Positions 44,802 through 55,097 of a stretch of 64,000 nucleotides of DNA are shown here, piece after piece (the first letter of the stretch is position 1; each line of letters starts with the position of its first letter). Origin of the DNA: an uncultured Alphaproteobacteria bacterium. Lineage in GTDB: Bacteria > Pseudomonadota > Alphaproteobacteria > Rhizobiales > Beijerinckiaceae. Position numbers and translations under genes: made by a program. Under the pieces are notes generated by a model, which saw only the letters and a program-made list of their open reading frames with translations, had not been told where the DNA came from and did no database searches. The stretch spans positions 45,611 through 109,610 of the forward strand of contig CAWEIU010000008.1 of assembly GCA_963809245.1 (NCBI GenBank), written 5' to 3'.

Positions 44802-46391
44802 ATGAAAGCCATCGCCTTCGCCGGCCTCGGGCTGGCCGCTTTGCTTCTGGTATCGACCGCCGTTTCGGCGAAGACGCTCGTCTATTGCTCCGAGGGAAGC
44901 CCGGAGAATTTCCAGCCGGCGCTGAACACGACCGGCACCAGCTTCGACGCCGCGCGGCCGGTCTATAGCCGCCTGACGGAGTTCAAGCGCGGCACCACCG
45001 AGGTCGTACCCGGCCTCGCCGAGAGCTGGGACATCGCCGACGGCGGCAAGACGATCACCTTCCATCTGCGCAAGGGCGTGAAGTTCCATTCGGTGAAGGA
45101 CTTCAAGCCGACGCGTGACTTCAACGCCGACGACGTCCTGTTCTCGTTCGACCGGCAATGGAAGACGGACAACCCCTACTACAAGGTATCGGGCGGCAAA
45201 TACGACTACTTCAATGACATGGACATGCCGGCGCTGCTCGATTCGATCGAGAAGAAGGACGACTACACCGTCGTCTTCAAGCTGAAGACCCCGAACGTCG
45301 CCATCCTCGCCAATCTCGCGATGGACTTCGCCGCCATCGACTCCAAAGAATACGCCGACTTCCTGGTCAAGAAGGGAACGCCTGAGCAGTTCGACCAGAT
45401 TCCGGTCGGCACCGGGCCGTTCTCGTTCGTCGCCTATCAGAAGGACTCGGTCATCCGCTACAAGGCGAACAAGGACTTTTACGGCGAAAAACCGCTGGTC
45501 GACGATCTGATCTACGCCATCACGCCCGACGCGACGGCCCGCTACGCCAAGCTCAAGGCCGGCGAATGCCACATCAACGCCTACCCCCGACCGGCCGACC
45601 TCGAGGAGATGGAGAAGGATCCTTCGTTGAAGGTGATCAATTTGCCAGGCCTTAACATCGCCTACTGGGCCTTCAACGCGGCGAAGCCGCCGTTCGACAA
45701 GAAGGAGGTGCGGCAGGCGCTCAGCATGGCGATCGACCGCGACGCGATCCTCAAGGAGGTCTATCTCGGCGCCGGCGAGAAGGCGAGCACCCTCATCCCG
45801 AGCACGATGTGGGCTTTTGACAGCGCCATTCCGCAGACGCCCTACGACCCCGAGAAAGCCAAGCAAATGCTCGCCGAGGCGGGCGTGAAGACGCCGCTCG
45901 ACATCGACCTCTGGTACATGCCGGTGTCGCGCCCCTACAATCCCAACGGCAAGCGCATGGGCGAAATGATGCAGGCCGATCTCGCCAAGATCGGCGTCAA
46001 CGCCAAGCTCGTCACCTATGAATGGGGCGAATATCGCAAGCGCATGGCGAACGGCGAGCAGATCACCGGCCAGTACGGCTGGACCGGCGACAACGGCGAT
46101 CCCGACAACTTCTTCTTTCTGCGCGGCTGTCCCGGGGGAAAGCCGGGCGACAGCAACCCGACCAAATGGTGCAACGCCGAATTCGACGAGCTGCTGCTGA
46201 AGGCGCGCCTCGTGTCCGATCAGGGCGAGCGCGCCAAGCTTTACCATCGGATGCAGGAGATCGAGCACGACGAGGCGCCTGAGCTGCTGATCGCCCATTC
46301 CACCGTCTACGAGGCGATGCGCGCGAATGTGACGGGATATAAGCAGAGCCCGCTCGGCACCCACACCTTCGAAGGCGTCGACGTCCAGTAG
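44802..46391 (+). CDS. dppA: Dipeptide ABC transporter substrate-binding protein
   Basis: Lies inside ORF 44763..46391. ATG 44802 gives signal MKAIAFAGLGLAALLLVSTAVSA, then KTLVYCSEGSPENFQP...RLTEFKRGTTEVVPGLAESW, very close to E. coli DppA as I recall it. Confidence 0.88.
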   Translation: MKAIAFAGLGLAALLLVSTAVSAKTLVYCSEGSPENFQPALNTTGTSFDAARPVYSRLTEFKRGTTEVVPGLAESWDIADGGKTITFHLRKGVKFHSVKDFKPTRDFNADDVLFSFDRQWKTDNPYYKVSGGKYDYFNDMDMPALLDSIEKKDDYTVVFKLKTPNVAILANLAMDFAAIDSKEYADFLVKKGTPEQFDQIPVGTGPFSFVAYQKDSVIRYKANKDFYGEKPLVDDLIYAITPDATARYAKLKAGECHINAYPRPADLEEMEKDPSLKVINLPGLNIAYWAFNAAKPPFDKKEVRQALSMAIDRDAILKEVYLGAGEKASTLIPSTMWAFDSAIPQTPYDPEKAKQMLAEAGVKTPLDIDLWYMPVSRPYNPNGKRMGEMMQADLAKIGVNAKLVTYEWGEYRKRMANGEQITGQYGWTGDNGDPDNFFFLRGCPGGKPGDSNPTKWCNAEFDELLLKARLVSDQGERAKLYHRMQEIEHDEAPELLIAHSTVYEAMRANVTGYKQSPLGTHTFEGVDVQ

Positions 46392-46436
46392 GCTCTGTCC
46401 GGATCCCTTCTCTCCGCCGGCCGCTTTCGGCGCCCC

Positions 46437-46524
46437 TGTCATGCCCGCGAAAGCGGGCATCCAGGAGTCAAAGGGCGAAGGCCTGAGGCGGTGTCTGGAG
46501 CCCCGCGTTCGCGGGACGGTGACA
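46437..46524. repeat. Second copy of the GTCATGCCCGCGAAAGCGGGCATCCAG-type inverted-repeat element
   Basis: Left TGTCATGCCCGCGAAAGCGGGCATCCAG (46437-46464). The rc of the right arm (46495-46524) is TGTCACCGTCCCGCGAACGCGGGGCTCCAG. Confidence 0.6.
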
Positions 46525-46568
46525 GCAGAAAGGGCGCGCCGCGGAGTTCCCTTGAATTTGGGATTGGC

Positions 46569-47572
<1,004 letters not shown>

Positions 47573-47583
<11 letters not shown>

Positions 47584-48493
47584 CGCCGCTCTTCCCGCCG
47601 CGCGCGACGAGGCCGAGGCCGTCCTCGCCCAGCCTTCTCCGCTCTCCGCCTTCTGGGCCGCGTTCCGCGAGAACCGTGGCGCGGTCTTGGGATTAACGGT
47701 CGTCATCCTCGTCCTCGCCATGGCGCTCGCGGCTGATCTCATCGCGCCGCATTCGCCGATCGAGCAGTTCCGCGACGCCGTGCGCGCGCCGCCTATCTGG
47801 CACGCTGGCGGGACCTGGCGCTTTCCGCTCGGGACGGACGGCGACGGCCACGATATTCTCTCGCGCCTGATCTATGGCGCGCGCGTCTCGCTGTTCATCG
47901 GTCTTTCGGTGATGAGCGTGTCCTTCGTGCTGGGCGTGCTGCTCGGCCTCGTCAGCGCGATGGCTGGGCCGGTCGCCGACGTCGCGATCACCCGCGTGAT
48001 GGATCTGGTGATGGCGGTGCCGAGCCTCGTGCTCGCCATTCTCGTCGTCGCCATTCTCGGTCCGAGCCTCGCCAACACGATCGTCGCGGTCACCATCGTC
48101 TATCTGCCGCGCTATGTGCGCCTCGTGCGCGCCTCGGCGCTCGGCGAACTCGGCAAGGACTACGTGACCGCGGCGCGGGTCGTCGGCGTCGGGCCATTGC
48201 GCCTGATGTTTTCGACCGTGCTGCCGAACTGTCTCGCCCCGCTGATCGTGCAGGCGGCGCTGGGCGTGTCGGATGCGATCCTCGAAGCGGCGGGCTTAGG
48301 GTTTCTTGGCCTCGGCGCGCAGCCGCCGACGCCGGAGTGGGGCACGATGCTGGCGGATGCGCGCGAATTCATTCGCTCCGATCCCTGGATCGTCGCGCTG
48401 CCCGGCCTCGCGATCCTGATCACGGTGGTCGCGATCAACCTCACCGGCGACGGGCTGCGCGACGCGCTCGATCCGAAGATGCGGAGGAGCTGA
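47573..48493 (+). CDS. dppC: Dipeptide ABC transporter permease
   Basis: Lies inside ORF 47546..48493; ATG 47573. Motifs GTDGDGHDILSRLIYGARVSL and the EAA-type loop ...AARVVGVGPLRLMF... Confidence 0.88.
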
Positions 48494-48495
48494 GC

Positions 48496-49497
48496 GTGCC
48501 GCTGCTCGAGGTCCGCAATCTCACCGTCGCCTTCGCGACGCGCAACGGCGCCTTCGCCGCGGTCGACCGCGTCGACGTGACGGTCGATCGCGACGAAGTG
48601 CTGGCGATCGTCGGCGAATCGGGCTCGGGCAAATCGGTGGCGATGCTCGCGGTGATGGGCCTGCTGCCGCCGACGGCGCGCGTCAGCGCCGACCGGATGG
48701 CGTTCGACGGCGCCGACTTGCTGACGATGCGGCCGAAGGAGCGGCGCCGCATCGCCGGACGCGATCTGGCGATGATCTTCCAGGAGCCGATGTCCTCGCT
48801 CAATCCGAGCTTCACGGTCGGATTCCAGATCGGCGAGGCGCTGAAGACGCATCTTCATCTCGATCGGCGCGCGCGGGCGAAGCGGGTCGTCGAACTGCTC
48901 GAGGAGGTCGGCATTCCCGATCCCGCCCGCCGCGTCTCGGCCTTTCCCCATCAGCTCTCGGGCGGCATGAGCCAGCGCGTGATGATCGCGATGGCGCTCG
49001 CCTGCCGGCCCAAGCTGCTGATCGCCGACGAACCGACGACCGCGCTCGACGTGACGATCCAGGCGCAGATTCTCGATCTCCTCATGTCGCTGCGCAAGCA
49101 GAACGGCATGGGGCTGGTGCTGATCACCCACGACATGGGCGTCGTCGCGGAGACGGCCGACCGCGTCATCGTCCAATACGCCGGCCAGCAGGTCGAGGCG
49201 AACGGCACCCGCGAACTCTTCGCCGATCCGCATCATCCCTATACGGCGGCGTTGCTCGCCGCTTTGCCGGAGCGTGCGACGCAACGCCGGCTGCCCGCCA
49301 TCCCCGGCGTCGTTCCCGGCCAGTTCGATCGTCCACACGGCTGCCTGTTCGCGCCGCGCTGCGCCTTCGCTTTCGCGGCGTGTCGCGTCGCGCCGCCGCA
49401 ACCTGCCTCGAAGGAGCTCGGGCGCGCGCGCTGCTACACGCCGCTGCTGCGCGGCGCGCCGACCGTTGCGTCCGTCAACAGCGAGGCTTCGGCATGA
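48496..49497 (+). CDS. dppD: Dipeptide ABC transporter ATP-binding protein
   Basis: Lies inside ORF 48337..49497. GTG 48496 is preceded by [34 protein letters not shown]. Confidence 0.88.
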   Translation: MPLLEVRNLTVAFATRNGAFAAVDRVDVTVDRDEVLAIVGESGSGKSVAMLAVMGLLPPTARVSADRMAFDGADLLTMRPKERRRIAGRDLAMIFQEPMSSLNPSFTVGFQIGEALKTHLHLDRRARAKRVVELLEEVGIPDPARRVSAFPHQLSGGMSQRVMIAMALACRPKLLIADEPTTALDVTIQAQILDLLMSLRKQNGMGLVLITHDMGVVAETADRVIVQYAGQQVEANGTRELFADPHHPYTAALLAALPERATQRRLPAIPGVVPGQFDRPHGCLFAPRCAFAFAACRVAPPQPASKELGRARCYTPLLRGAPTVASVNSEASA

Positions 49498-50456
49498 CGC
49501 CGGTGCTCGAAGCGCGGGCCCTGTCGCGCCATTACACGGTGTGGCGCGGCGCGTTCCGGCGCGCGGCGACCTTGCGCGCGCTGTCGGGCGTCTCGTTCTC
49601 GCTGCTTCCCGGCCGCACGCTCGCGGTCGTCGGCGAATCGGGTTCGGGCAAATCGACGCTCGGCCGCCTGTTGACGCTGATCGAGCCGCCGACGTCCGGC
49701 GCGCTCATCATAGAAGGCGAGGACGTCGCCGCAGCCGACAAGGCCCGGCGCAGGCGGCTGCGCCAGGAAGTCCAGATGGTCTTCCAGAATCCCTACGGCT
49801 CGCTCAACCCGCGCCAGAAGATCGGCCGCGCGCTTGAAGAACCGCTGCTGGTCAACACCGAGATGAGCGCCAGCGAGCGCGACGCCGCGGTTCGTGCGAT
49901 GATGGCGAAGGTCGGGCTGCGACCGGAATATTTCGATCGCTACCCCCACATGTTCTCCGGCGGGCAGCGCCAGCGCATCGCCATCGCCCGCGCCCTCGTG
50001 CTGCGGCCGAAAATTCTCGTGCTGGACGAGCCGGTGTCCGCGCTTGACGTCTCGATCCGCGCGCAGGTGCTCAATCTGCTCGCGGAGTTGCAGGAGGCGT
50101 TCACGCTCGCCTATGTTTTCGTGTCGCACGACCTCGCCGTCGTGCGGCACATCGCTGACGAGGTGTTGGTGATCTATCTCGGCAAAGCCGTCGAAATCGG
50201 GCCGCGCGAAGCGATCTTCGCCCGCCCGCAGCATCCCTATACGCGCGCGCTCCTGTCGGCGACGCCCGTCGCCGATCCCGCCGCCAAGCGCGAGCGCATT
50301 ATTCTGAAGGGCGAGCCGCCGTCCCCCCTCGCGCCGCCGGCCGGCTGCCCGTTCCATCCGCGCTGCCCGCTCGCTTTCGATCGCTGCCGGGTCGAGGAGC
50401 CTCGACTTGAGACGAAGCATGGGCGCGCCGTCGCCTGCTGGGCGGTGGCGCCATGA
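49494..50456 (+). CDS. dppF: Dipeptide ABC transporter ATP-binding protein
   Basis: Lies inside ORF 49380..50456. ATG 49494 forms an ATGA overlap with the dppD stop. [28 protein letters not shown]. Confidence 0.88.
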   Translation: MTPVLEARALSRHYTVWRGAFRRAATLRALSGVSFSLLPGRTLAVVGESGSGKSTLGRLLTLIEPPTSGALIIEGEDVAAADKARRRRLRQEVQMVFQNPYGSLNPRQKIGRALEEPLLVNTEMSASERDAAVRAMMAKVGLRPEYFDRYPHMFSGGQRQRIAIARALVLRPKILVLDEPVSALDVSIRAQVLNLLAELQEAFTLAYVFVSHDLAVVRHIADEVLVIYLGKAVEIGPREAIFARPQHPYTRALLSATPVADPAAKRERIILKGEPPSPLAPPAGCPFHPRCPLAFDRCRVEEPRLETKHGRAVACWAVAP

Positions 50457-52069
50457 CGACAAGCGAGACCTACGATTACATCGTCGTCGGCGCCGGCTCG
50501 GCCGGCTGCCTGCTCGCCAACCGGCTCTCGGCCGATCCCAAAAATCGCGTACTGCTCATCGAGGCCGGCCGCCGCGACAATTGGATCTGGCTGCACATCC
50601 CGGTCGGCTATCTCTACGCGATCGGCAATCCACGCGCCGACTGGTGCTTCAAGACCGCGAGCGAACCGGGCCTCAACGGCCGCGAGATCGCCTATCCCCG
50701 GGGGCGGGTGATCGGCGGCTCGTCGGCAATCAACGGCATGATCTATATGCGCGGCCAGGCCGCCGACTATGACGGCTGGCGCCAGCTCGGCCTCGCGGGC
50801 TGGGGCTGGGAAGACGTGCTGCCGTTCTTCCTGCAGCACGAGGACCACCACGGCGGCGCCAGCGAATTGCACGGCGCCGGTGGCGAGTGGCGGGTCGAGC
50901 GCCCGCGCGTCGCGTGGCCGATCCTCGACGCGGTGCGCGAGGCGGCGGCCGAGACCGGCATCCCCAAAGTGAACGACTTCAACCGCGGCGACAACGAGGG
51001 GTCGGATTATTTCGAGGTCAATCAGCGCCTCGGCCGTCGTTGGAGCACGGCGCGCGGCTTCCTGAAGCCGGCGCTCAAGCGACCCAATCTGCGCCTCGTC
51101 ACGGAAGCCCATGCAGAGAGCCTTATCTTCGAGGGGCGGCGGGCGGTCGGCCTGCGCTATGCGCATGGCGGGGAGACCGTCGAAGCGCGCGCCCGCGGCG
51201 AGATCGTGCTCGCAGCCGGGGCGATCGGCACGCCCCATCTGCTCGAACTCTCGGGCGTCGGCCGACCCGATGTCGTCGGCCGGCTCGGGCGGGAGGTCGT
51301 CCATGCACTGCCGGGGGTCGGCGAGAACCTGCAGGACCACCTGCAACTGCGCACAATTTTCCGCATCTCGGGCGCGCGAACCCTCAACGCCGACCATCGC
51401 TCGCTCTGGCGTCGCGCCGGCATGGCGCTCGACTATGCCGTGCGGCGGCGCGGCCCGATGACCATGGCGCCATCGCAACTCGGCATCTTCGCCAAAACCT
51501 CTCCGGACTTCGCCACGGCCAATGTCGAGTTCCACGTCCAGCCGCTTTCCCTCGAGAAGTTCGGCGAACCGCTGCACCCCTTTCCCGCCATGACCCTCAG
51601 CGTGTGCAACTTGCGGCCGACGAGTTGTGGATCGATCCACGCCGCGAGCGCCAACCCCCGCCTCGCGCCCGTCATCCAGCCGAATTATCTCTCGTCGGAA
51701 CAGGACCTTCGCGTGGCGGCGGATTCGATCCGGCTCGCCCGCCGCATCGCCGCGGCGCCGGCGCTCGCGCGCTACCGGCCGGAGGAGCTGCGACCGGGAG
51801 TTGCGGCGCAGACCGAGGCCGAGCTCGCGAAGGCGGCGGGCGAGATCGGCACAACCATCTTCCACCCCGTCGGCACCGCCAAAATGGGCCGCGAGGACGA
51901 TCCCGCTGCGGTCGTCGACGCGCGGTTGCGCGTGCGCGGCCTCGCAGGTTTGCGCGTCGCCGACGCCTCGGTGATGCCGCGCATCACCTCCGGCAACACC
52001 AATTCGCCTACCCTGATGATCGCCGAGAAGGCCGCAGCGATGATCCTGGCCGACGCGGCGGGGAAATGA
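50453..52069 (+). CDS. GMC family oxidoreductase (choline/alcohol dehydrogenase-like)
   Basis: ORF 50453..52069. YDYIVVGAGSAGCLLANRLS...GRVIGGSSAINGMIYMRG...HPVGTAKMG. ATGA overlap with the dppF stop. Confidence 0.88.
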   Translation: MTTSETYDYIVVGAGSAGCLLANRLSADPKNRVLLIEAGRRDNWIWLHIPVGYLYAIGNPRADWCFKTASEPGLNGREIAYPRGRVIGGSSAINGMIYMRGQAADYDGWRQLGLAGWGWEDVLPFFLQHEDHHGGASELHGAGGEWRVERPRVAWPILDAVREAAAETGIPKVNDFNRGDNEGSDYFEVNQRLGRRWSTARGFLKPALKRPNLRLVTEAHAESLIFEGRRAVGLRYAHGGETVEARARGEIVLAAGAIGTPHLLELSGVGRPDVVGRLGREVVHALPGVGENLQDHLQLRTIFRISGARTLNADHRSLWRRAGMALDYAVRRRGPMTMAPSQLGIFAKTSPDFATANVEFHVQPLSLEKFGEPLHPFPAMTLSVCNLRPTSCGSIHAASANPRLAPVIQPNYLSSEQDLRVAADSIRLARRIAAAPALARYRPEELRPGVAAQTEAELAKAAGEIGTTIFHPVGTAKMGREDDPAAVVDARLRVRGLAGLRVADASVMPRITSGNTNSPTLMIAEKAAAMILADAAGK

Positions 52070-52070
52070 C

Positions 52071-52544
52071 ATGCCCATCGGTCCGCCGAGTGTTTTGTCC
52101 GATGGCCGTCAATCCGAGGGCGCCCTCGTCATTGCGCGCGGCGTCCGGCGGTTGTTGCGAGCGCGCGGCTATTCGACGGTGACGGAACTGCCGCTGCTCG
52201 ACGGCCGCCGCGCCGACGTCGTGGCGCTCAATGGCGAGGGCGCCTTGCTGATCGTCGAGATCAAATCGTCGGTCGCGGACTTTCGCGCCGATCGCAAATG
52301 GCGCGACTACGCCGCCCATTGCGATCGCCTCTATTTCGCTATCCCTGCGGAAATGCCGGCCGAGATCATGCCGGAGGAGACCGGCCTGATCGTCGCGGAC
52401 GCCTACGGCGCGGAGATCCTGCGCGAAGCGCCCCCGCGCGCGATCGCACCGGCGACCCGCCGCGCAGTCATGCTGCGTTTCGCCCAAGCGGCGGCCGACC
52501 GCCTGCACAAGCTGGCCGATCCGAGCTCGATCGCCGAATTTTAG
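52071..52544 (+). CDS. mmcB: MmcB-family (DUF1052) PD-(D/E)xK nuclease-like DNA repair protein
   Basis: ORF 52071..52544. RADVVALNGEGALLIVEIKSS has the D...E-x-K arrangement. Starts 1 nt after the GMC gene stop. Confidence 0.65.
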   Translation: MPIGPPSVLSDGRQSEGALVIARGVRRLLRARGYSTVTELPLLDGRRADVVALNGEGALLIVEIKSSVADFRADRKWRDYAAHCDRLYFAIPAEMPAEIMPEETGLIVADAYGAEILREAPPRAIAPATRRAVMLRFAQAAADRLHKLADPSSIAEF

Positions 52545-52748
52545 AACGAATTGCCTTTTGATCGACGCGGAGCCGCCGAACCCCTTCTCCCATTGCGGGA
52601 GCGGACGAATGCTACGCATTCGCCTAGTCTAGGGAAGGTGGCGCCCCGAAGGGGCGTCGGATGGGTCGCGCCGTTAGGCGCGGCTCCGTCCAAGCAAAGG
52701 AATTTTCGCCCTCGCGTCAAACGCGCCATGCGGCGCGCCCCCTCATCC

Positions 52749-52785
52749 GGCCCTTCGGGCCACCTTCTCCCGCAAGGGGAGAAGG
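52749..52785. repeat. Double-hairpin REP-like element between convergent genes
   Basis: GGCCC-TTC-GGGCC (52749-52761) followed by CCTTCTCCC-GCAAG-GGGAGAAGG (52763-52785, 9-bp stem). Related CCCTTCTC(Y)CC motifs occur at 52583, 46405 and 55988. Confidence 0.5.
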
Positions 52786-52813
52786 GGCGGGGCGGCTAGT
52801 CGCTACAGCTTGC

Positions 52814-53227
52814 TCACGGATAGCGCGATTTGATGTCGGCGGTGCGCTGGGCGTCGCGGTCGATGATGCAGGCGAGGCGCGGGTCGCCGCCCTTGGCGCT
52901 CATGCCGGCTTCGAACGGGGCGACGTCCTGGCATTCGGTGTCGCGCCAGCCGAGCCATTGCGCCTCGGCGTCGTTGAGCGAGCGCTTCCAGCGCGCCTTT
53001 TGCGACGACATCACGCCGGCTCGCCCGTCGATGCTCTTGATCGCGGCGTCGACGCTCGCGTTGAGATCCTTGTCCGCCTTGTCGGCGCTCGAGCGCAGGC
53101 ATTCCGCGAGTTCGCGGGCGCCGATCTTCTTGGAGTCGCACGCCGCCTGCGACGGGCGGGTTTCGTCGGCTCCCGCGGCGACCGTCGTCGATACGGCGAG
53201 AGCGGCGACGAGGAGGAATATTCGCAT
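52814..53227 (-). CDS. Secreted DUF1311/LprI-like (lysozyme inhibitor family) protein
   Basis: Lies inside ORF 52814..53287. ATG 53227 gives signal MRIFLLVAALAVSTTVAAGA. Pattern C...ECL...DKDLN...AQWLGWRDTEC...LACI. Confidence 0.7.
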   Translation of the reverse strand: MRIFLLVAALAVSTTVAAGADETRPSQAACDSKKIGARELAECLRSSADKADKDLNASVDAAIKSIDGRAGVMSSQKARWKRSLNDAEAQWLGWRDTECQDVAPFEAGMSAKGGDPRLACIIDRDAQRTADIKSRYP

Positions 53228-53352
53228 GATCGGACGATCCACGAGCAAGATGACCCCCTGACGACATAAACGGGTTTCGCCTCCCACGCACCGGGAAATG
53301 CTCCCCGCCGCGCCGCGGCCGTACGAATTGGCGGCGCCGTCTCAATCCTGCA

Positions 53353-54540
53353 TCAGGGGGCCGGCGGCGGCCGGTTCTGCAGGAACTCGCCGATGCGGCC
53401 GAGCGCCTTGACGATGTTTTCGCTGGAGTTGGCGTAGGACAGGCGAAGGTAGCCCTCTCCGTGTAGGCCGAAGTCGGGTCCGCCGAGCGTCGCGACGCCG
53501 GCCTCCTCGAGCAGCGCCGTGGCGAGCGGCTTGGCTTTCCAGCCGGTCGCCGAGATATTGGGGAAGGCGTAGAAGGCGCCCTTCGGGGTCGCCGAGCGCA
53601 CGCCCGGCAGCGCGTTGAGCCCCTGGACGACGATTTTGCGGCGGGCGTCGAATTCGGCCACCATCGCCGCCACCGCATCCTGCGGGCCCGTGAGCGCCGC
53701 GAGGCCGGCGAACTGAGCCGCCGAATTGACGCAGGAGAAGGAATTGACCGCGAGCTTGCGCGCGTTTTCGTACAAGCCCTGCGGCCAGACGGAGAAGCCG
53801 AGCCGCCAGCCGGTCATCGCATAGGTCTTCGACCAGCCGTCGAGCAGGATGAGCCGGTCGCGGATTTCGGGATAGGCCAGCAGCGATTGATGCTGGTGAT
53901 TGTCGTAGGCCATCTGGCCATAGATCTCGTCGGAGAGGATCGCGACGTCGGGCCAGCGCGCCAGCCCGGCGACGAGCTTGTCGATCTCTTCGCGCGGCGT
54001 CACCCCGCCGGTCGGGTTGGCGGGCGAATTGAGGATGATCAGCCGCGTCTGCGGCGTCATCAGCGCCAGCGTCTCCTCGGCGGAGAAGGCGAAGCCGTTC
54101 TCCTCGCGCATCGGGATCGGCACGGCGCGCGCGCCGGTGAACTCGATCATCGAGCGATAGATCGGAAAGCCCGGGTCGGGATAGAGGATGTCGACCCCCG
54201 GCGCGCCGAACATCAGGATCGCCATGTGCATGGTGACCTTGCCGCCCGGCACGATCATCACGAGATCCGGCGAGACCTCGACGCCGAAGCGCCGATGGAG
54301 ATCGGCCGCCACCGCCTCGCGCAGCGGCAGGATGCCGGTCGCGGCGGTGTAGCCGTGCTCGCCGTCGCGCAGCGCCTTGATCGCGGCCTCGACAATGTGC
54401 GGCGGCGTTTTGAAATCGGGCTGCCCGATGCCGAGATTGATGATGTCGCGCCCCTGGCGCTGCAACTCCGCGGCTTTGGCAAGGACGGCGAAGGCGTTCT
54501 CCTCGCCGATGCGCGAGAAGGCGGGGACGACATGCAGCAT
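53353..54540 (-). CDS. Class I/II PLP-dependent aminotransferase (aspartate/aromatic type)
   Basis: Lies inside ORF 53353..54648; ATG 54540 gives MLHVVPAF... Motifs NLGIGQPDF, NSPANPTG, SKTYAMTGWRLG (PLP lysine). Confidence 0.88.
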   Translation of the reverse strand: MLHVVPAFSRIGEENAFAVLAKAAELQRQGRDIINLGIGQPDFKTPPHIVEAAIKALRDGEHGYTAATGILPLREAVAADLHRRFGVEVSPDLVMIVPGGKVTMHMAILMFGAPGVDILYPDPGFPIYRSMIEFTGARAVPIPMREENGFAFSAEETLALMTPQTRLIILNSPANPTGGVTPREEIDKLVAGLARWPDVAILSDEIYGQMAYDNHQHQSLLAYPEIRDRLILLDGWSKTYAMTGWRLGFSVWPQGLYENARKLAVNSFSCVNSAAQFAGLAALTGPQDAVAAMVAEFDARRKIVVQGLNALPGVRSATPKGAFYAFPNISATGWKAKPLATALLEEAGVATLGGPDFGLHGEGYLRLSYANSSENIVKALGRIGEFLQNRPPPAP

Positions 54541-54728
54541 GAGCGAGCTCCGGACGGGAGTTGCGTTTTCGCGCAGGGCGAGGCGCGGGCAAGGGGCGGT
54601 TGGTTGCGACTGTTCCCTGATGCCTTTGGCTCTGATCTGAAATCGCATTGTCCGGCACCGGGGTTGAGACGGGGGCCACCACCAAATTCGCCGTCGCGGG
54701 GTCTCGGTGCGTACGCTATCATACCTAC

Positions 54729-55097
54729 ATGACGCGCCGTCTGAAACCTCCCCATGTCACGAAGCCCCGGGCACCCCGGACGCCGCGCCGGAACTTTGCC
54801 GCGCTCGTGCGCGCGGCGCCGGTATCCCCCGTCTCTCTGCCGCTGACCCATGTCACCGATGGCTATTCATTCCGCGACATCATGGGCAACGAGGCTCTGG
54901 TACCCTCGCCCTGCCGCATTTTCGGCAGCGATCTCGTGTACCTCTTCTATGGACGTCCTGCGTATCGGAGCGCCGCCGAGCTTGAAAGCAACGGAATTGA
55001 CGCTTACTGGCCGGTCTGCTTCGTGATCGCGCGTGCGGCTGGGCCGCCGACGCGGCGTCCATTTGCAGGCCGCCAAGCGGCGATCCGAGGAGGTTAG
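54729..55097 (+). CDS. Hypothetical protein, possibly a truncated gene remnant
   Basis: Lies inside ORF 54648..55097; ATG 54729. Plausible coding segment THVTDGYSFRDIMGNEALVPSPCRIFGSDLVYLFYGRPAYRSAAELESNGIDAYWPVCFVI, then low-complexity read-through (ARAAGPPTRRPFAGRQAAIRGG) that ends inside the convergent gene. Confidence 0.35.
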   Translation: MTRRLKPPHVTKPRAPRTPRRNFAALVRAAPVSPVSLPLTHVTDGYSFRDIMGNEALVPSPCRIFGSDLVYLFYGRPAYRSAAELESNGIDAYWPVCFVIARAAGPPTRRPFAGRQAAIRGG

